Assembly (NCBI GenBank): GCA_041653675.1
Contig: JBAZEY010000006.1
Location: 837 to 64,836, forward strand
Source of the DNA: Patescibacteria group bacterium
Lineage (GTDB): Bacteria; Patescibacteriota; Patescibacteriia; XYB2-FULL-38-15
DNA: 64,000 nucleotides
Direction: 5' to 3'
In this document: in pieces, positions 1 to 9,687 of the stretch
Numbering within the stretch: position 1 is the first letter of the stretch
Layout: every line of letters starts with the position of its first letter
The notes under the pieces: generated by a model
What the model was told of the DNA's origin: nothing
Databases searched by the model: none
What the model saw: the letters and a program-made list of their open reading frames with translations, nothing else
Position numbers and translations under genes: made by a program

Positions 1-318
1 TTCTCCCTTTGTGAAATTAAATTCACTTTAATTTATTTAAATTTGGAGGAAAACCCTCTGTTTCCATTAATATTGTATTACAATAATATTACGGAAAGAT
101 TAAGAAATTATTTAATCTTAATCCTCTGCCCAGATTAGTCAACCCCGTAGTGAAATTTTGGATTTTTGCCGAAGGCAAAATAAAATATTTTAACTTCATG
201 CATACAACGCATATATTATGATGTCATGCTTATTAATAACAAAAATTAGTTTATCTTCCAAAATTCTACTACGGGGTCAAGTTTAAAAAACCTCGGTCAA
301 ATCCGAGGTTTCGCTAGA

Positions 319-1155
319 TTATTTTTCCATTTTTGAAAAAAGGCGTCTGGCATTTTCCGTTGTTATTTTTTCTACTTCCTCGTATGATTCGTTTTTTACT
401 CGCGCGACTTCCTTCGCGACAAACTCAACATAAAGCGGCTCATTTCTCTTTCCACGATGCGGCTCGGGAGTAAGATACGGACAATCGGTTTCTACCATTA
501 TTTTATTCAAGGGAATTTTTGCCAAAGCCTCACCTTCATAATGAGCAAAAGTGATCACGCCAGTAAAAGAAATCAAAAATCCTAAATTTAAATAACGCCT
601 TGCCTCTTCAAAACTTCCCGAAAAACAATGCATCACTCCTCTTACATCAGGACCGGCCGGCTTATCAAAATTTTCTAGGAGCTGGATTAAATCGGCGTGA
701 GCTTCGCGGCAATGAACAATTACTGGTAATTTTTTTTCCACGGATAACTTTAAAAATTCTAATAAAACTCCTTTTTGTAAATTTTTTATTTCCGTTGGAG
801 ATTTTATTTGCCTACCGCTTACTCCGCTGCCGGAGCCTTCCGGCCGAATTGACGACGGCATTCTAAAATAATCTAAACCAATTTCCCCAAGTGCTACGAC
901 TTTTGGATGCACTGCCAGTTTTTTATATTCTTCTATATCAATATCTTCATCTAAAACATGAACCGGGTGAAGTCCAACCGCGGCGTAAACACCGTCGGGA
1001 AATTCTTCGGCAATGGCTACGGCCTTTTTGCTTGTTTCTAAATTACTGCCAACATTAATAATTTTAATTCCAGCATCAAGCGCCCGCTTGGCTGTTTCCC
1101 GCCAATCATTTTCAAACGCTTCAAAATTAAGATGGGCGTGAGTGTCAAATAACAT
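319..1155 (-). CDS. tatD: TatD family metal-dependent hydrolase/DNase
   Basis: N-terminal MLFDTHAHLNF and later HxH/D motifs typical of the TatD (PF01026) TIM-barrel fold. It contains a short GSGSG-rich inserted loop. Confidence 0.8.
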   Translation of the reverse strand: MLFDTHAHLNFEAFENDWRETAKRALDAGIKIINVGSNLETSKKAVAIAEEFPDGVYAAVGLHPVHVLDEDIDIEEYKKLAVHPKVVALGEIGLDYFRMPSSIRPEGSGSGVSGRQIKSPTEIKNLQKGVLLEFLKLSVEKKLPVIVHCREAHADLIQLLENFDKPAGPDVRGVMHCFSGSFEEARRYLNLGFLISFTGVITFAHYEGEALAKIPLNKIMVETDCPYLTPEPHRGKRNEPLYVEFVAKEVARVKNESYEEVEKITTENARRLFSKMEK

Positions 1156-1660
1156 AAGATTTTAATTGTTTAACCACTTCCGGAAGAAGAGGCATCAAAA
1201 TTTTCCCAACAGCGATAAGATAATGTGCAACTTTTGAATCAGCTAAAGAATTTATAAACCAATCGCCAAGGGGATATCTTTCCGCGACAAAAAGAGTCAA
1301 ACCCAAAACCAAAGTACCTTCCAAAAATCCAAACACCCCGCCCAAAAGCCGGTTGATGGTGCTTAAAAAAGGAATAATTTTTAAAAATGAAAAAATCTTG
1401 TCAATTATCCAAAAAACTAAACCCACGAGGCGGTTAATAATAATAAAAAGAAGTAAAAAGCAGACGACTTTGGCTAAATTTTCATGGCCGCCAAAAAGAA
1501 AACCAAGCCATGAAGCGACATCGTCGTACCACCGTGCCGCTAAAAACGCGCCGGCAATCGTCCCAACCAAAACCCCGAGAGCGTTAATTAAACCAAACCA
1601 TAAGCCATAAAGCACAAATCCGCCGAGAATTAGGAGAAGAATGAGGTCGAAAAGAACCAT
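1145..1660 (-). CDS. CvpA-like integral membrane protein
   Basis: 171 aa with four predicted TM helices. Size and hydropathy resemble the colicin V production protein family. The match is weak. Confidence 0.4.
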   Translation of the reverse strand: MVLFDLILLLILGGFVLYGLWFGLINALGVLVGTIAGAFLAARWYDDVASWLGFLFGGHENLAKVVCFLLLFIIINRLVGLVFWIIDKIFSFLKIIPFLSTINRLLGGVFGFLEGTLVLGLTLFVAERYPLGDWFINSLADSKVAHYLIAVGKILMPLLPEVVKQLKSYVI

Positions 1661-1669
1661 ATAATTATT

Positions 1670-3190
1670 TTATTTTATTAATCTCGGGAACAAGGCCGTT
1701 CCTTTTTTTATCTTTTTCCCCGGAACAAGTCCGCCCCACTCTTTCGCTTCTTCCAAATTTTTCTTCTTTTCCGTTTCCGGCTTCAAGCCGAGCTGCTCAA
1801 AAATTTTATCCGAAGTCATGGGCATAAACGGCGCGATCTGCCAGGCAATGTGCCGCAAAGTTTCAATCAGGGTATAAATTACTCGCGACAATCTTTCTTT
1901 ATCAACTTTAGCCAATTGCCACGGCGCTTCGGTATTTATAAATTGATCGCAAAAAGAAATCAAATCCCAAACGTCTTTCAGCGCCAAATGCGGCGCCAAT
2001 TTTTCCATATTTATCTCGTAACTCTGCCAAGTCCGCTCCACGCTGCCGGAAGTTTTATCCGGAATTTTACTATCAAAATATTTTTCACACATTGAAAGAA
2101 CCCGAGCGACAAGATTTCCTAAACCATTAGCCAGTTCTGCGTTATAACGTTCTTCCAGGCGCGTAAAACTAAAATCCCCGTCTTCTCCAAAAGAAACTTC
2201 ACGCGAAAGGAAATAGCGCGTTTCGTCAACGCCGTATTTATTCGCCAGCTCCACCGGGTCAATAACATTGCCAAGCGACTTACTCATCTTCTGCCCGTCA
2301 ATTGTGAAATATCCATGGACAAAAAGTTGTTTCGGCAAATTTTCACCCATAGCTAAAAGCATCGCCGGCCAAATCGTAGAATGAACGCGCAAGATGTCTT
2401 TGCTCATCAATTGAACATCTGCCGGCCAGAATTTTTTATACGCCTTCTTGTCTTTCGGCCAGCCGAGTCCAGTCAAATAGTTTAAAAAAGCGTCAATCCA
2501 AACATAAAGCGTGTGGTTTTTATCGAACGGCAATTCTATGCCCCACGGCACTTTTTCTTTTTTCCGCGAAATGGCTACGTCCCTTAATCCTTCCTTTTCA
2601 AAAAAAGAAATCACTTCGTTTTTACGCGTTTCCGGACTGATTTTAAATTTATCGTTTTTAATGTGTTTTAATAATTCATCCTGAAATTTGGACATTTTAA
2701 ATAAGTACGCTTCCTCCGTATGGATTTCCGGTTCAGTTTTATGATCAGGGCATTTTCCGTCAACTAATTCCGCTCTGGTTTTGTATTGTTCGCACCCGAC
2801 GCAGTAGAGCGCTTCGTATTTTCCTTTATAAATAAATTTTTTATCAAAAAGTTCCTGCGTCACTTCGGCCACGGCTTTTTCGTGCGCCGGATCGGTCGTG
2901 CGGATAAAATTATCATTTGAAATATTCAAAGTATCCCAGGCCGCGGAAAAGGCGGCGGAAATTTCGTCAACAAATTCTTTCGGCTTTTTTCCAACCTTAT
3001 CGGCGATCTGTTGGATTTTAGCGCCGTGCTCGTCCGTGCCGGTCAAAAAGAAAACTTCCTCGCCGCGCATACGGTGATAGCGCGCCAAAACATCAGCCGA
3101 AATAGTTGTATAAGCGTGGCCGATGTGCGGTTTTGCGTTTACATAATAAATCGGAGTGGTGATGTAAAATTTTTTATTTTTTGCGGCCAT
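1670..3190 (-). CDS. metG: methionine--tRNA ligase
   Basis: Class I aaRS HIGH motif (PHIGHAYT) and KMSKS motif, with a CxxC zinc knuckle. The likely start is the internal MAAKNKKFYITT, which leaves a 4-nt gap to rsmI. The ORF track extends the frame to 3220. Confidence 0.9.
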   Translation of the reverse strand: MAAKNKKFYITTPIYYVNAKPHIGHAYTTISADVLARYHRMRGEEVFFLTGTDEHGAKIQQIADKVGKKPKEFVDEISAAFSAAWDTLNISNDNFIRTTDPAHEKAVAEVTQELFDKKFIYKGKYEALYCVGCEQYKTRAELVDGKCPDHKTEPEIHTEEAYLFKMSKFQDELLKHIKNDKFKISPETRKNEVISFFEKEGLRDVAISRKKEKVPWGIELPFDKNHTLYVWIDAFLNYLTGLGWPKDKKAYKKFWPADVQLMSKDILRVHSTIWPAMLLAMGENLPKQLFVHGYFTIDGQKMSKSLGNVIDPVELANKYGVDETRYFLSREVSFGEDGDFSFTRLEERYNAELANGLGNLVARVLSMCEKYFDSKIPDKTSGSVERTWQSYEINMEKLAPHLALKDVWDLISFCDQFINTEAPWQLAKVDKERLSRVIYTLIETLRHIAWQIAPFMPMTSDKIFEQLGLKPETEKKKNLEEAKEWGGLVPGKKIKKGTALFPRLIK

Positions 3191-3194
3191 AATT

Positions 3195-3869
3195 TTACTT
3201 TTTACCGACCACGACAACAAATTCTCCTTTTGTCGTCCCGGCTTTTAATTTTTCTAAAACCTCACTTACTGTTCCCCGATAAATTGTTTCAAACATTTTA
3301 GTTAACTCACGGCACACGGCAATTTGTCTCTCCCCCGCCGCCGTCCGCAATTCTTCCAATGATTTTAAAATTCTGTGAGTTGATTCATAAAAAATAACTG
3401 TTTCTTCCGTTGCGTCAATTTTTTTAAAAAAAGCGGCGCGGCCGTGTTTATGCGGCGGAAATCCTAAAAACAAAAATTTATCAGTCGGAAAACCGGAAAT
3501 AGAAGCCGCAGTAGCGACGGCTGTCGGACCTGGGATTGGAATAATTTCTGCTTCCTCGCCAAACATTCTCAAAACTTCTTCCACCAATTTTCCACCCGGA
3601 TCAGAGATGGCCGGCGTGCCAGCATCTGAAACTAAAGCCAAATTTTTTCCGTTCCGCAAAAGTTCGATAATTTGTTGAATCTTCTGCAGCTTGCTGTGCT
3701 GATGATAACTCAAAGTCGGCTTTTTTATTTCATACTTATCCAAAAGTTTACGCGTCTCGCGTGTATCTTCACACAAAACTAAATCAACCTCTTTCAAAGT
3801 CCGAAGAGCGCGCAAAGTTATATCCTCCAAGTTTCCGATTGGCGTAGCAATAATGTAAAGTTTTCCCAT
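3195..3869 (-). CDS. rsmI: 16S rRNA (cytidine1402-2'-O)-methyltransferase
   Basis: MGKLYIIATPIGNLEDITLRAL...LCEDTRETRKLL matches the RsmI/tetrapyrrole-methylase N-terminus. Confidence 0.85.
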   Translation of the reverse strand: MGKLYIIATPIGNLEDITLRALRTLKEVDLVLCEDTRETRKLLDKYEIKKPTLSYHQHSKLQKIQQIIELLRNGKNLALVSDAGTPAISDPGGKLVEEVLRMFGEEAEIIPIPGPTAVATAASISGFPTDKFLFLGFPPHKHGRAAFFKKIDATEETVIFYESTHRILKSLEELRTAAGERQIAVCRELTKMFETIYRGTVSEVLEKLKAGTTKGEFVVVVGKK

Positions 3870-3911
3870 GAACAGATTATATCAATTTTACCTTTAAATT
3901 TCAAGAGAAAA

Positions 3912-4457
3912 CTACCACCTCGCGTTTTTAACGCGCAAAAGATATCCAATATTATTTGTAGCAATATGAAGAACTGGGCTCGCAATTAAAATCACCACCA
4001 CGGCCAGAGGAGGCGGAAAACAAATCGGCGCGGCAAAAATTAATGCGCCGAGCACAAAATCAAGTTGATCAAAAGGAATCCACGGCGCCCCGGGGGCGAT
4101 TTTTATTCTTCTTTTAAAAAAACTTTTTATCAAATCCCCAAAGAGCGCGCCAAACCCGAAAAGAAATCCCAGGAGCCACAGATTTGTTTCGGAATAATTT
4201 AATAAACTTAAATTTTTAAAAATCGGGACAGAATACAAAAAATATTGTAGCCAAGCGATAGCGATTGCCGCCACGATGCCAACCACAAATCCCCGCCAGG
4301 TTTTATGCGCGCCAAAAATCGGCTGGCCGCGCCAAATCCGACCGTCGTCAACCGGCCGCGCTAAAAATTTTAGCACGCCAAGCTTTTCTGCAAAAACCGG
4401 CGCCATGTTCGCGATGTACGCCGGCAACATAAAATATAAGCCCTGGAGGATAATCAT
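3912..4457 (-). CDS. CDP-archaeol synthase-like (DUF46/CarS family) membrane protein
   Basis: Multi-TM protein with a HKTWRG motif, like the CDP-2,3-bis-O-geranylgeranyl-glycerol synthase family. Its stop overlaps the start of the downstream phosphatidyltransferase gene (4454-4457). Confidence 0.55.
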   Translation of the reverse strand: MIILQGLYFMLPAYIANMAPVFAEKLGVLKFLARPVDDGRIWRGQPIFGAHKTWRGFVVGIVAAIAIAWLQYFLYSVPIFKNLSLLNYSETNLWLLGFLFGFGALFGDLIKSFFKRRIKIAPGAPWIPFDQLDFVLGALIFAAPICFPPPLAVVVILIASPVLHIATNNIGYLLRVKNARW

Positions 4458-4972
4458 CTCAGCTTCAAAATATTTAAAACAACTAGACCGCGATACGTAT
4501 AATTTATAAAAGCAAGAGCAAGCGAGATTGTCACGGCGCCAAAAAAGATATTGGGATAAAAATCAAAAATTACCGCGAAAAACATTATTGTTTGCATAAA
4601 AGAATTAAGCTTCCCCCAAAAAGTATGGGCAAGAGTAATGTTTTTTGTTTGAAAAAGCATTACCCATCCTAAAATTATATAGAGATGATAAAAAATGGCA
4701 AAAATTGCGAGTCCCGGCGGCAAGCCGTGATTCAAATATAAAATTAAAAAAGCAAGGAGCGCCAAAAGCCGGTCCGCGGCTGGATCCAAAATTTTTCCGA
4801 GCGTCGTGACCTGATTATATTTTCTTGCGAGATAGCCGTCCAAAACATCTGTCGCGATAGCCAATAAAAAAACTCCCGCTGCGGGAATTTTATAAGAATT
4901 AAAAAGAAGAACAGCAAAAACAAAGGCCAGTACAACGCGGATTAAACTTAAAATATTAGGGAGATTTATCAT
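4454..4972 (-). CDS. CDP-alcohol phosphatidyltransferase (PgsA-like)
   Basis: D-x2-DG-x2-AR...G-x3-D-x3-D motif (DVLDGYLARK...GKILDPAADRL). Confidence 0.8.
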   Translation of the reverse strand: MINLPNILSLIRVVLAFVFAVLLFNSYKIPAAGVFLLAIATDVLDGYLARKYNQVTTLGKILDPAADRLLALLAFLILYLNHGLPPGLAIFAIFYHLYIILGWVMLFQTKNITLAHTFWGKLNSFMQTIMFFAVIFDFYPNIFFGAVTISLALAFINYTYRGLVVLNILKLR

Positions 4973-4994
4973 ATTTTTATCCCTTATATTATTA

Positions 4995-5050
4995 TACTAA
5001 ATTTTCGCCTAAAAGAAAAACCCCGACAAAAAGTCAGGATTTTTCTTTGG
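4995..5050. terminator. hairpin plus T-run terminator between the DUF262-HNH gene and pgsA
   Basis: CCCCGACAAAAAGTCAGG hairpin with flanking A/T runs and a GC-rich stem just upstream. Confidence 0.35.
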
Positions 5051-5092
5051 CTCCACGCTCCGAGCAAACTGCCCCGCCGCCTAAAATTATTC

Positions 5093-6262
5093 TTACCGAT
5101 TTCCTTTCGCTCGATTGTGTGTCTTGCACAACATCTGACAGTTTTTGGCTGCTGTTTTGCCACCTTTGCTCCAAGCCGCGACATGGTCGGCATCCATCTC
5201 GTTCAAATTCCAAATCTTTTCCTTGTTGGCATCGTGTCCAACGGCACAAAGCGGGCAGTTTGATTTTTCTTTCTTTTCAGCCGCAGCGGTCTGTGTTGCA
5301 TACACAGTTTTCTTTGTCGCTTCATCAAAAATTCTGACTTCAAGTAATTTCGTATCAGTGGAATCACCAAGAATATACTCAAAAATTCCTCTACGATTTT
5401 TTACATACGGATCCGCATAAAGTTTATGAACTTCCGCCGACACTTTGGCAGGATTATACGCTTTCTTGTGATATGTTTCGTAAAGCCGTCCCCACGGAAG
5501 CCCGCACATTTCGCTTTCTACGTCAGTAAATACGCTAGATACCCAATCAATGACGGTGTTAAAATATTTTTTCAACTCATCAATATTTTTGTCTTTGCGA
5601 TGTTTGCTCATATAATCGCCAATATTGTCTTTGCTTACCCAATCAAGAGCACATTCCAAAAATTCCTGCCGGTTAGCGCTGCCGGATACATACGCGCTCC
5701 ATTTTTGGATATTGGCGTTTTGGCTATTGCTGAATTCCTCTTTACCGAGTGTCACAAATGGTCCGGAATAAACCGCATTGAGCAATTCCTGATTATTAAG
5801 CGGAACACCGGCAATATTTATTGTTTTAAACCATTCTTTTATCTCGCTTTCTTCACCTTTACATTCATAAATAGTTAGTGTTGTATTCAATATTTTAGAT
5901 TGCTTATTTTTTGCAAGACCTGAAAAATATTGCTCCATACCATTTTCGTCTTTGATGGCGAATTTGTCATTCACAAAACGTCCAACGCTAGTGATGCGCT
6001 GTTGCCCGTCCAAAACTTCCAGATTGTTTTCAGATACCTTATTAAAATAAATCAAACCAATCGGATACCCCTTGAGAATCGAATCAATAACAGCAACCTC
6101 TCTTTTTCCACCATCGGAGGCATAGATATAGTTACGCTGATATTCCGGCTGAATAGTGAGCTTGCCGGACAATCCGAATAGTCCCTTGCCTTCAAGTTCG
6201 TTATAGACAAACCCATCGCAAATATCTTTGACAGTAATGTTGATCTTTAAAGCTGTATTCAT
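5093..6262 (-). CDS. DUF262 (ParB/Srx-like, DGQQR motif) N-terminal domain fused to a canonical HNH endonuclease; GmrSD-like type IV restriction candidate
   Basis: N-terminal ...[12 protein letters not shown] is the DUF262 signature. The C-terminus CPLCAVGHD...[12 protein letters not shown]...[15 protein letters not shown] is a CxxC...DH...N...CxxH-N HNH motif. The start overlaps the Dam gene by 4 nt. Confidence 0.75.
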   Translation of the reverse strand: MNTALKINITVKDICDGFVYNELEGKGLFGLSGKLTIQPEYQRNYIYASDGGKREVAVIDSILKGYPIGLIYFNKVSENNLEVLDGQQRITSVGRFVNDKFAIKDENGMEQYFSGLAKNKQSKILNTTLTIYECKGEESEIKEWFKTINIAGVPLNNQELLNAVYSGPFVTLGKEEFSNSQNANIQKWSAYVSGSANRQEFLECALDWVSKDNIGDYMSKHRKDKNIDELKKYFNTVIDWVSSVFTDVESEMCGLPWGRLYETYHKKAYNPAKVSAEVHKLYADPYVKNRRGIFEYILGDSTDTKLLEVRIFDEATKKTVYATQTAAAEKKEKSNCPLCAVGHDANKEKIWNLNEMDADHVAAWSKGGKTAAKNCQMLCKTHNRAKGNR

Positions 6263-7110
6263 ATTGTTATTAAATCAAAATTTATATTTTTAAGTTTAGA
6301 ATCAAAAAACAAAATTTCTTTACCTTTTTTAACACAAAAAGCTGTATAAATTAAATTAAATTCAAAACTATTCTTTACAAATTTATATAAATTTTTGATT
6401 TTTGAAGTATTATCATATGAAACTATCCAGTGAATTGTTTTTATTTTTTTAATTTCTTGCGATACTTTTTCATGATCTTCACTACTGTAAGAATTTTTGT
6501 AAAGACTTGGGCCTTTTAAATAATATGGCGGGTCAAAATAAAAAATAGTTTGCTGATTTTTAGATTCATCTTTAATTTTTTCAATCAGCTCAATGGCGTC
6601 TAAATTGAATAATTGAATTTGCTTTTTAAATTTTGCTATTTCCCTTATTCTTTTAATTAACTCCTGTTTCTTAAAACGACAATCCATTTTATAATTTCCA
6701 TCTTGCTTAATTCCTCCTATCAACCCGCCATCAATAATTCCGGACATGTTAACTCTATTAAGGAAAAAAGTAGAAAAGCCGAGCTGGATTAAGGATGAAT
6801 ATTTTTTTGTTTTTTGAATTGCCTTTGCCTTTCTCCAAGTTTCAACATTTATTTCAACATCTTCAATCATCTTACACAATTTATTTGTATGGTTTAAAAC
6901 AGAATACCAGAAAGCATAAATAGAGCGATCGTAATCATTTATAGTAATACTATCTACTTTTCCTTCTAATAATAAATACAAAGCCACAGATGCGCCGCCA
7001 GCATATGGCTCTACATAATGACTATTAATATTATTATCAACACAAATTTGAGCAATAAATTTTGCCAGCTTATTTTTTCCGCCTGGATATCTTAACGGTG
7101 AGTAGAACAT
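6259..7110 (-). CDS. DNA N6-adenine methyltransferase, Dam/D12 class
   Basis: N-terminal RYPGGK SAM-binding motif ([11 protein letters not shown]) and catalytic DPPY (FYFDPPYY). Confidence 0.85.
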   Translation of the reverse strand: MFYSPLRYPGGKNKLAKFIAQICVDNNINSHYVEPYAGGASVALYLLLEGKVDSITINDYDRSIYAFWYSVLNHTNKLCKMIEDVEINVETWRKAKAIQKTKKYSSLIQLGFSTFFLNRVNMSGIIDGGLIGGIKQDGNYKMDCRFKKQELIKRIREIAKFKKQIQLFNLDAIELIEKIKDESKNQQTIFYFDPPYYLKGPSLYKNSYSSEDHEKVSQEIKKIKTIHWIVSYDNTSKIKNLYKFVKNSFEFNLIYTAFCVKKGKEILFFDSKLKNINFDLITI

Positions 7111-7112
7111 AT

Positions 7113-8393
7113 TTATTCTTTTTTAGTTTTAAAATAAGTTTCTAAAATATCTCCCGCAACATATGACATTTTCAACACGTCCTGTTTCGAAACACTTATA
7201 TTGCCGTGAGCATATTTTCCAAGCAGTGCCTCAAACTCAAACCTTTTGTTTAAAAAATCTGAAGTAATACTCAAATAGTTTACAACTTCTTTATCTTTGC
7301 ATTCTTTTTGAAATAATTTAATAAAACTCAAATAGGGATTCTCTTGATTTGCATTATCGGTATCTCCTTGACTTCTGTAATAAATTCTAGAAGCAACATC
7401 CAATATTAACCTCGTAGACATTCCTACAATTAACAAAATATTCTCATCATCCGTTCCTTTTTTATAAACTTTATCAACTGCCAAATACAAATCATTTACT
7501 GGACCCTGTTCTAATTGCAAAACTCTGCCAAAAAGAATATCTTTCTTCTTTGTTGCTGGAGTTTTTTGAGGTTTTATCAATTTTTCAGCTTGTTTTTTAC
7601 TAATTGATATTTCTTCAAAAACACTATTTTCTGGGTTCTTCAGTATTTCATCAATAGATTTATCTTTGTTAATTATTGTTTTTAGTTTTCCTCTGTTATT
7701 TCGAGTAGATATATCACCTTTTTGTAAAGCATCCTGTGTTGCCTCAAAAATTTTAATGAGCTGTCCATCTGAATATTTACTATAAAGTTTGCCTTCCTTC
7801 AGATCTATTCCGATATCTTTAAGATTTTTTTCATTTAAAACCTCTTCTTTCACAAATCTTTTGTTTAAAGTTTTGTTTCCTTTTAAAAAACCCGTTTGAT
7901 CATTAATGGACACAAAAATACTTTTTGGTTTATTTTTAAAATGTAACAAAAAGTAGTCTCTTTCGAGTTCTCCCCACGATCCATTATCAATATGTTTCCT
8001 TTCAATACTCGTAACAGCAGTATTTTCATCACAAACATTACACGGAAGAGTGGTTTGTTCTCTCAATAATTTTGGCTCAAGTTCTCTGAATAACTGCCCC
8101 ACATACTTGGAATACTTACTATCATCTTGTATTATTTTTAGCAAAGCAACTCTTCTGTTTCCATCATAAACTACATACTTATCATCTTTTTTGACGACTA
8201 TGGGTAACTCTGAATAATCGTAATATTCGCCCATTTTTTGTACTAACTTTTTTATATTCCATTTATTATCCGAGTCTTGGATAATACGATCAATGATTTC
8301 TTCATCGATTTTTTTAGCATCAATTGGATCTCTTGGGTTTTCCGTCCAGAGATGTAAATTTTTTATTGGGATGTTTAGAATTTCTTGTTTCAT
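7113..8393 (-). CDS. ParB-like nuclease-domain (ParB-N/sulfiredoxin fold) protein, function unknown
   Basis: N-terminal ...VYDGNRRVALLKI matches the ParB-N GxxR motif. The ~300-aa C-terminal region has no recognisable motif. It is tightly packed between two MTase genes. Confidence 0.6.
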   Translation of the reverse strand: MKQEILNIPIKNLHLWTENPRDPIDAKKIDEEIIDRIIQDSDNKWNIKKLVQKMGEYYDYSELPIVVKKDDKYVVYDGNRRVALLKIIQDDSKYSKYVGQLFRELEPKLLREQTTLPCNVCDENTAVTSIERKHIDNGSWGELERDYFLLHFKNKPKSIFVSINDQTGFLKGNKTLNKRFVKEEVLNEKNLKDIGIDLKEGKLYSKYSDGQLIKIFEATQDALQKGDISTRNNRGKLKTIINKDKSIDEILKNPENSVFEEISISKKQAEKLIKPQKTPATKKKDILFGRVLQLEQGPVNDLYLAVDKVYKKGTDDENILLIVGMSTRLILDVASRIYYRSQGDTDNANQENPYLSFIKLFQKECKDKEVVNYLSITSDFLNKRFEFEALLGKYAHGNISVSKQDVLKMSYVAGDILETYFKTKKE

Positions 8394-8403
8394 AATCTCA
8401 AAA

Positions 8404-9519
8404 TTATTTTTTCTTATGTCTTATAAGTATTCGGGTATAGAGTCTTTCGTTGTTTACATAACCCCTATCTAACTTACCTGTCCATTTAGGATTAACCAAT
8501 TTAGGTAATAAACCCTCTTTGATATTGTAATCACTTCCTAATATCTCAAACTGGTCCGGATTATATTTATCCAGAAAACTGCTCGGCACCCCCATTGCGC
8601 CACTATAATCGCTTGGGATGGAATCAGTAAACGGCACCTCTATAGCATTGTAATTGTCATATTTATCATATGTTTTTTTACCTTTAATTTCTTTGTGTTT
8701 GCTGTATTTCAAATTTTCTTCCATTGTCATAAGCGGCAATGGTTGGTGACGACGTCCGTGGTCAAGATTTGTCAACCAAACGGCAGGCACATTTTTCATA
8801 TTGACACCATCAATCACCTTATCGACATCACCATCATCCATCGTTACGAACCATAATCCGCCAGACCATCCTGTTTTTCCTGACCACATTTTATTGGCTT
8901 TAATCAACGGAAAAATTTCCTTGGATGTTACGTTATTTTTATTGCCAATAATCACAAACTTTTTATTATAATCAAAAAGTTGTTTAACATATACGAGAAA
9001 CAAACTGAACGGCGGATTTGTTACCACAATGTCGGATTGTTTAAGTAGATTTATACATTCATCACTGCGAAAATCGCCGTCGCCGTCTAGTGGCGCCCAT
9101 TCGTTTTGTTTGTTTGCTTTTAACTGCTTGGCAATATCCTTTAAGTTGAATTCGCCATCGCCATCTATGTCATGCACTTCGTTAATAATAAATTTGTTAG
9201 CGGTTACTTTCGGACGGCCTTTTGATTTCGTGAGAGTTTTGTCATCGCCATACAATGGTAGTTCCAAATTGGCAACGGGCGAGGGTTTGTAGCTCGTAGT
9301 GATAAGCCGTTTCAATCCAATCTTGTTAAAATTGAGCACGAAATAGCGAAAGAAATTACTCTCGAACGGATCGTCGCAGTTGCAATATACTACTTTGCCG
9401 CGAAAGACATCGGGATTAAAATCTAGATACGCCTGAATTTCTTTTTGAATATCGCCATACTGAGTATAAAACTCATCATTTTTCGCTCTTTTTGCGTTTG
9501 TAAGATTTTTGTTTGCCAT
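8404..9519 (-). CDS. adenine-specific DNA methyltransferase, EcoRI-methylase family
   Basis: N-terminal NDEFYTQYGDIQKEI...VYCNCDDPFESNF and catalytic NPPF (VVTNPPFSLF). It carries an insert with two DxDGDG loops. Confidence 0.75.
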   Translation of the reverse strand: MANKNLTNAKRAKNDEFYTQYGDIQKEIQAYLDFNPDVFRGKVVYCNCDDPFESNFFRYFVLNFNKIGLKRLITTSYKPSPVANLELPLYGDDKTLTKSKGRPKVTANKFIINEVHDIDGDGEFNLKDIAKQLKANKQNEWAPLDGDGDFRSDECINLLKQSDIVVTNPPFSLFLVYVKQLFDYNKKFVIIGNKNNVTSKEIFPLIKANKMWSGKTGWSGGLWFVTMDDGDVDKVIDGVNMKNVPAVWLTNLDHGRRHQPLPLMTMEENLKYSKHKEIKGKKTYDKYDNYNAIEVPFTDSIPSDYSGAMGVPSSFLDKYNPDQFEILGSDYNIKEGLLPKLVNPKWTGKLDRGYVNNERLYTRILIRHKKK

Positions 9520-9687
9520 ATTTTATTTCAATAAATCGTCGAGCGAAACGCCGAGCGCATTGACGATTTTGTGAGACGTTTGATTAAATGCATCTTCCCT
9601 TAATTTTCCCGCAAAAGAGACGAATTGTCAATTTACTCTACATTCCGTCTTTTTGAAACAAGGTCGCTATGTTATAATTGAAATGAT

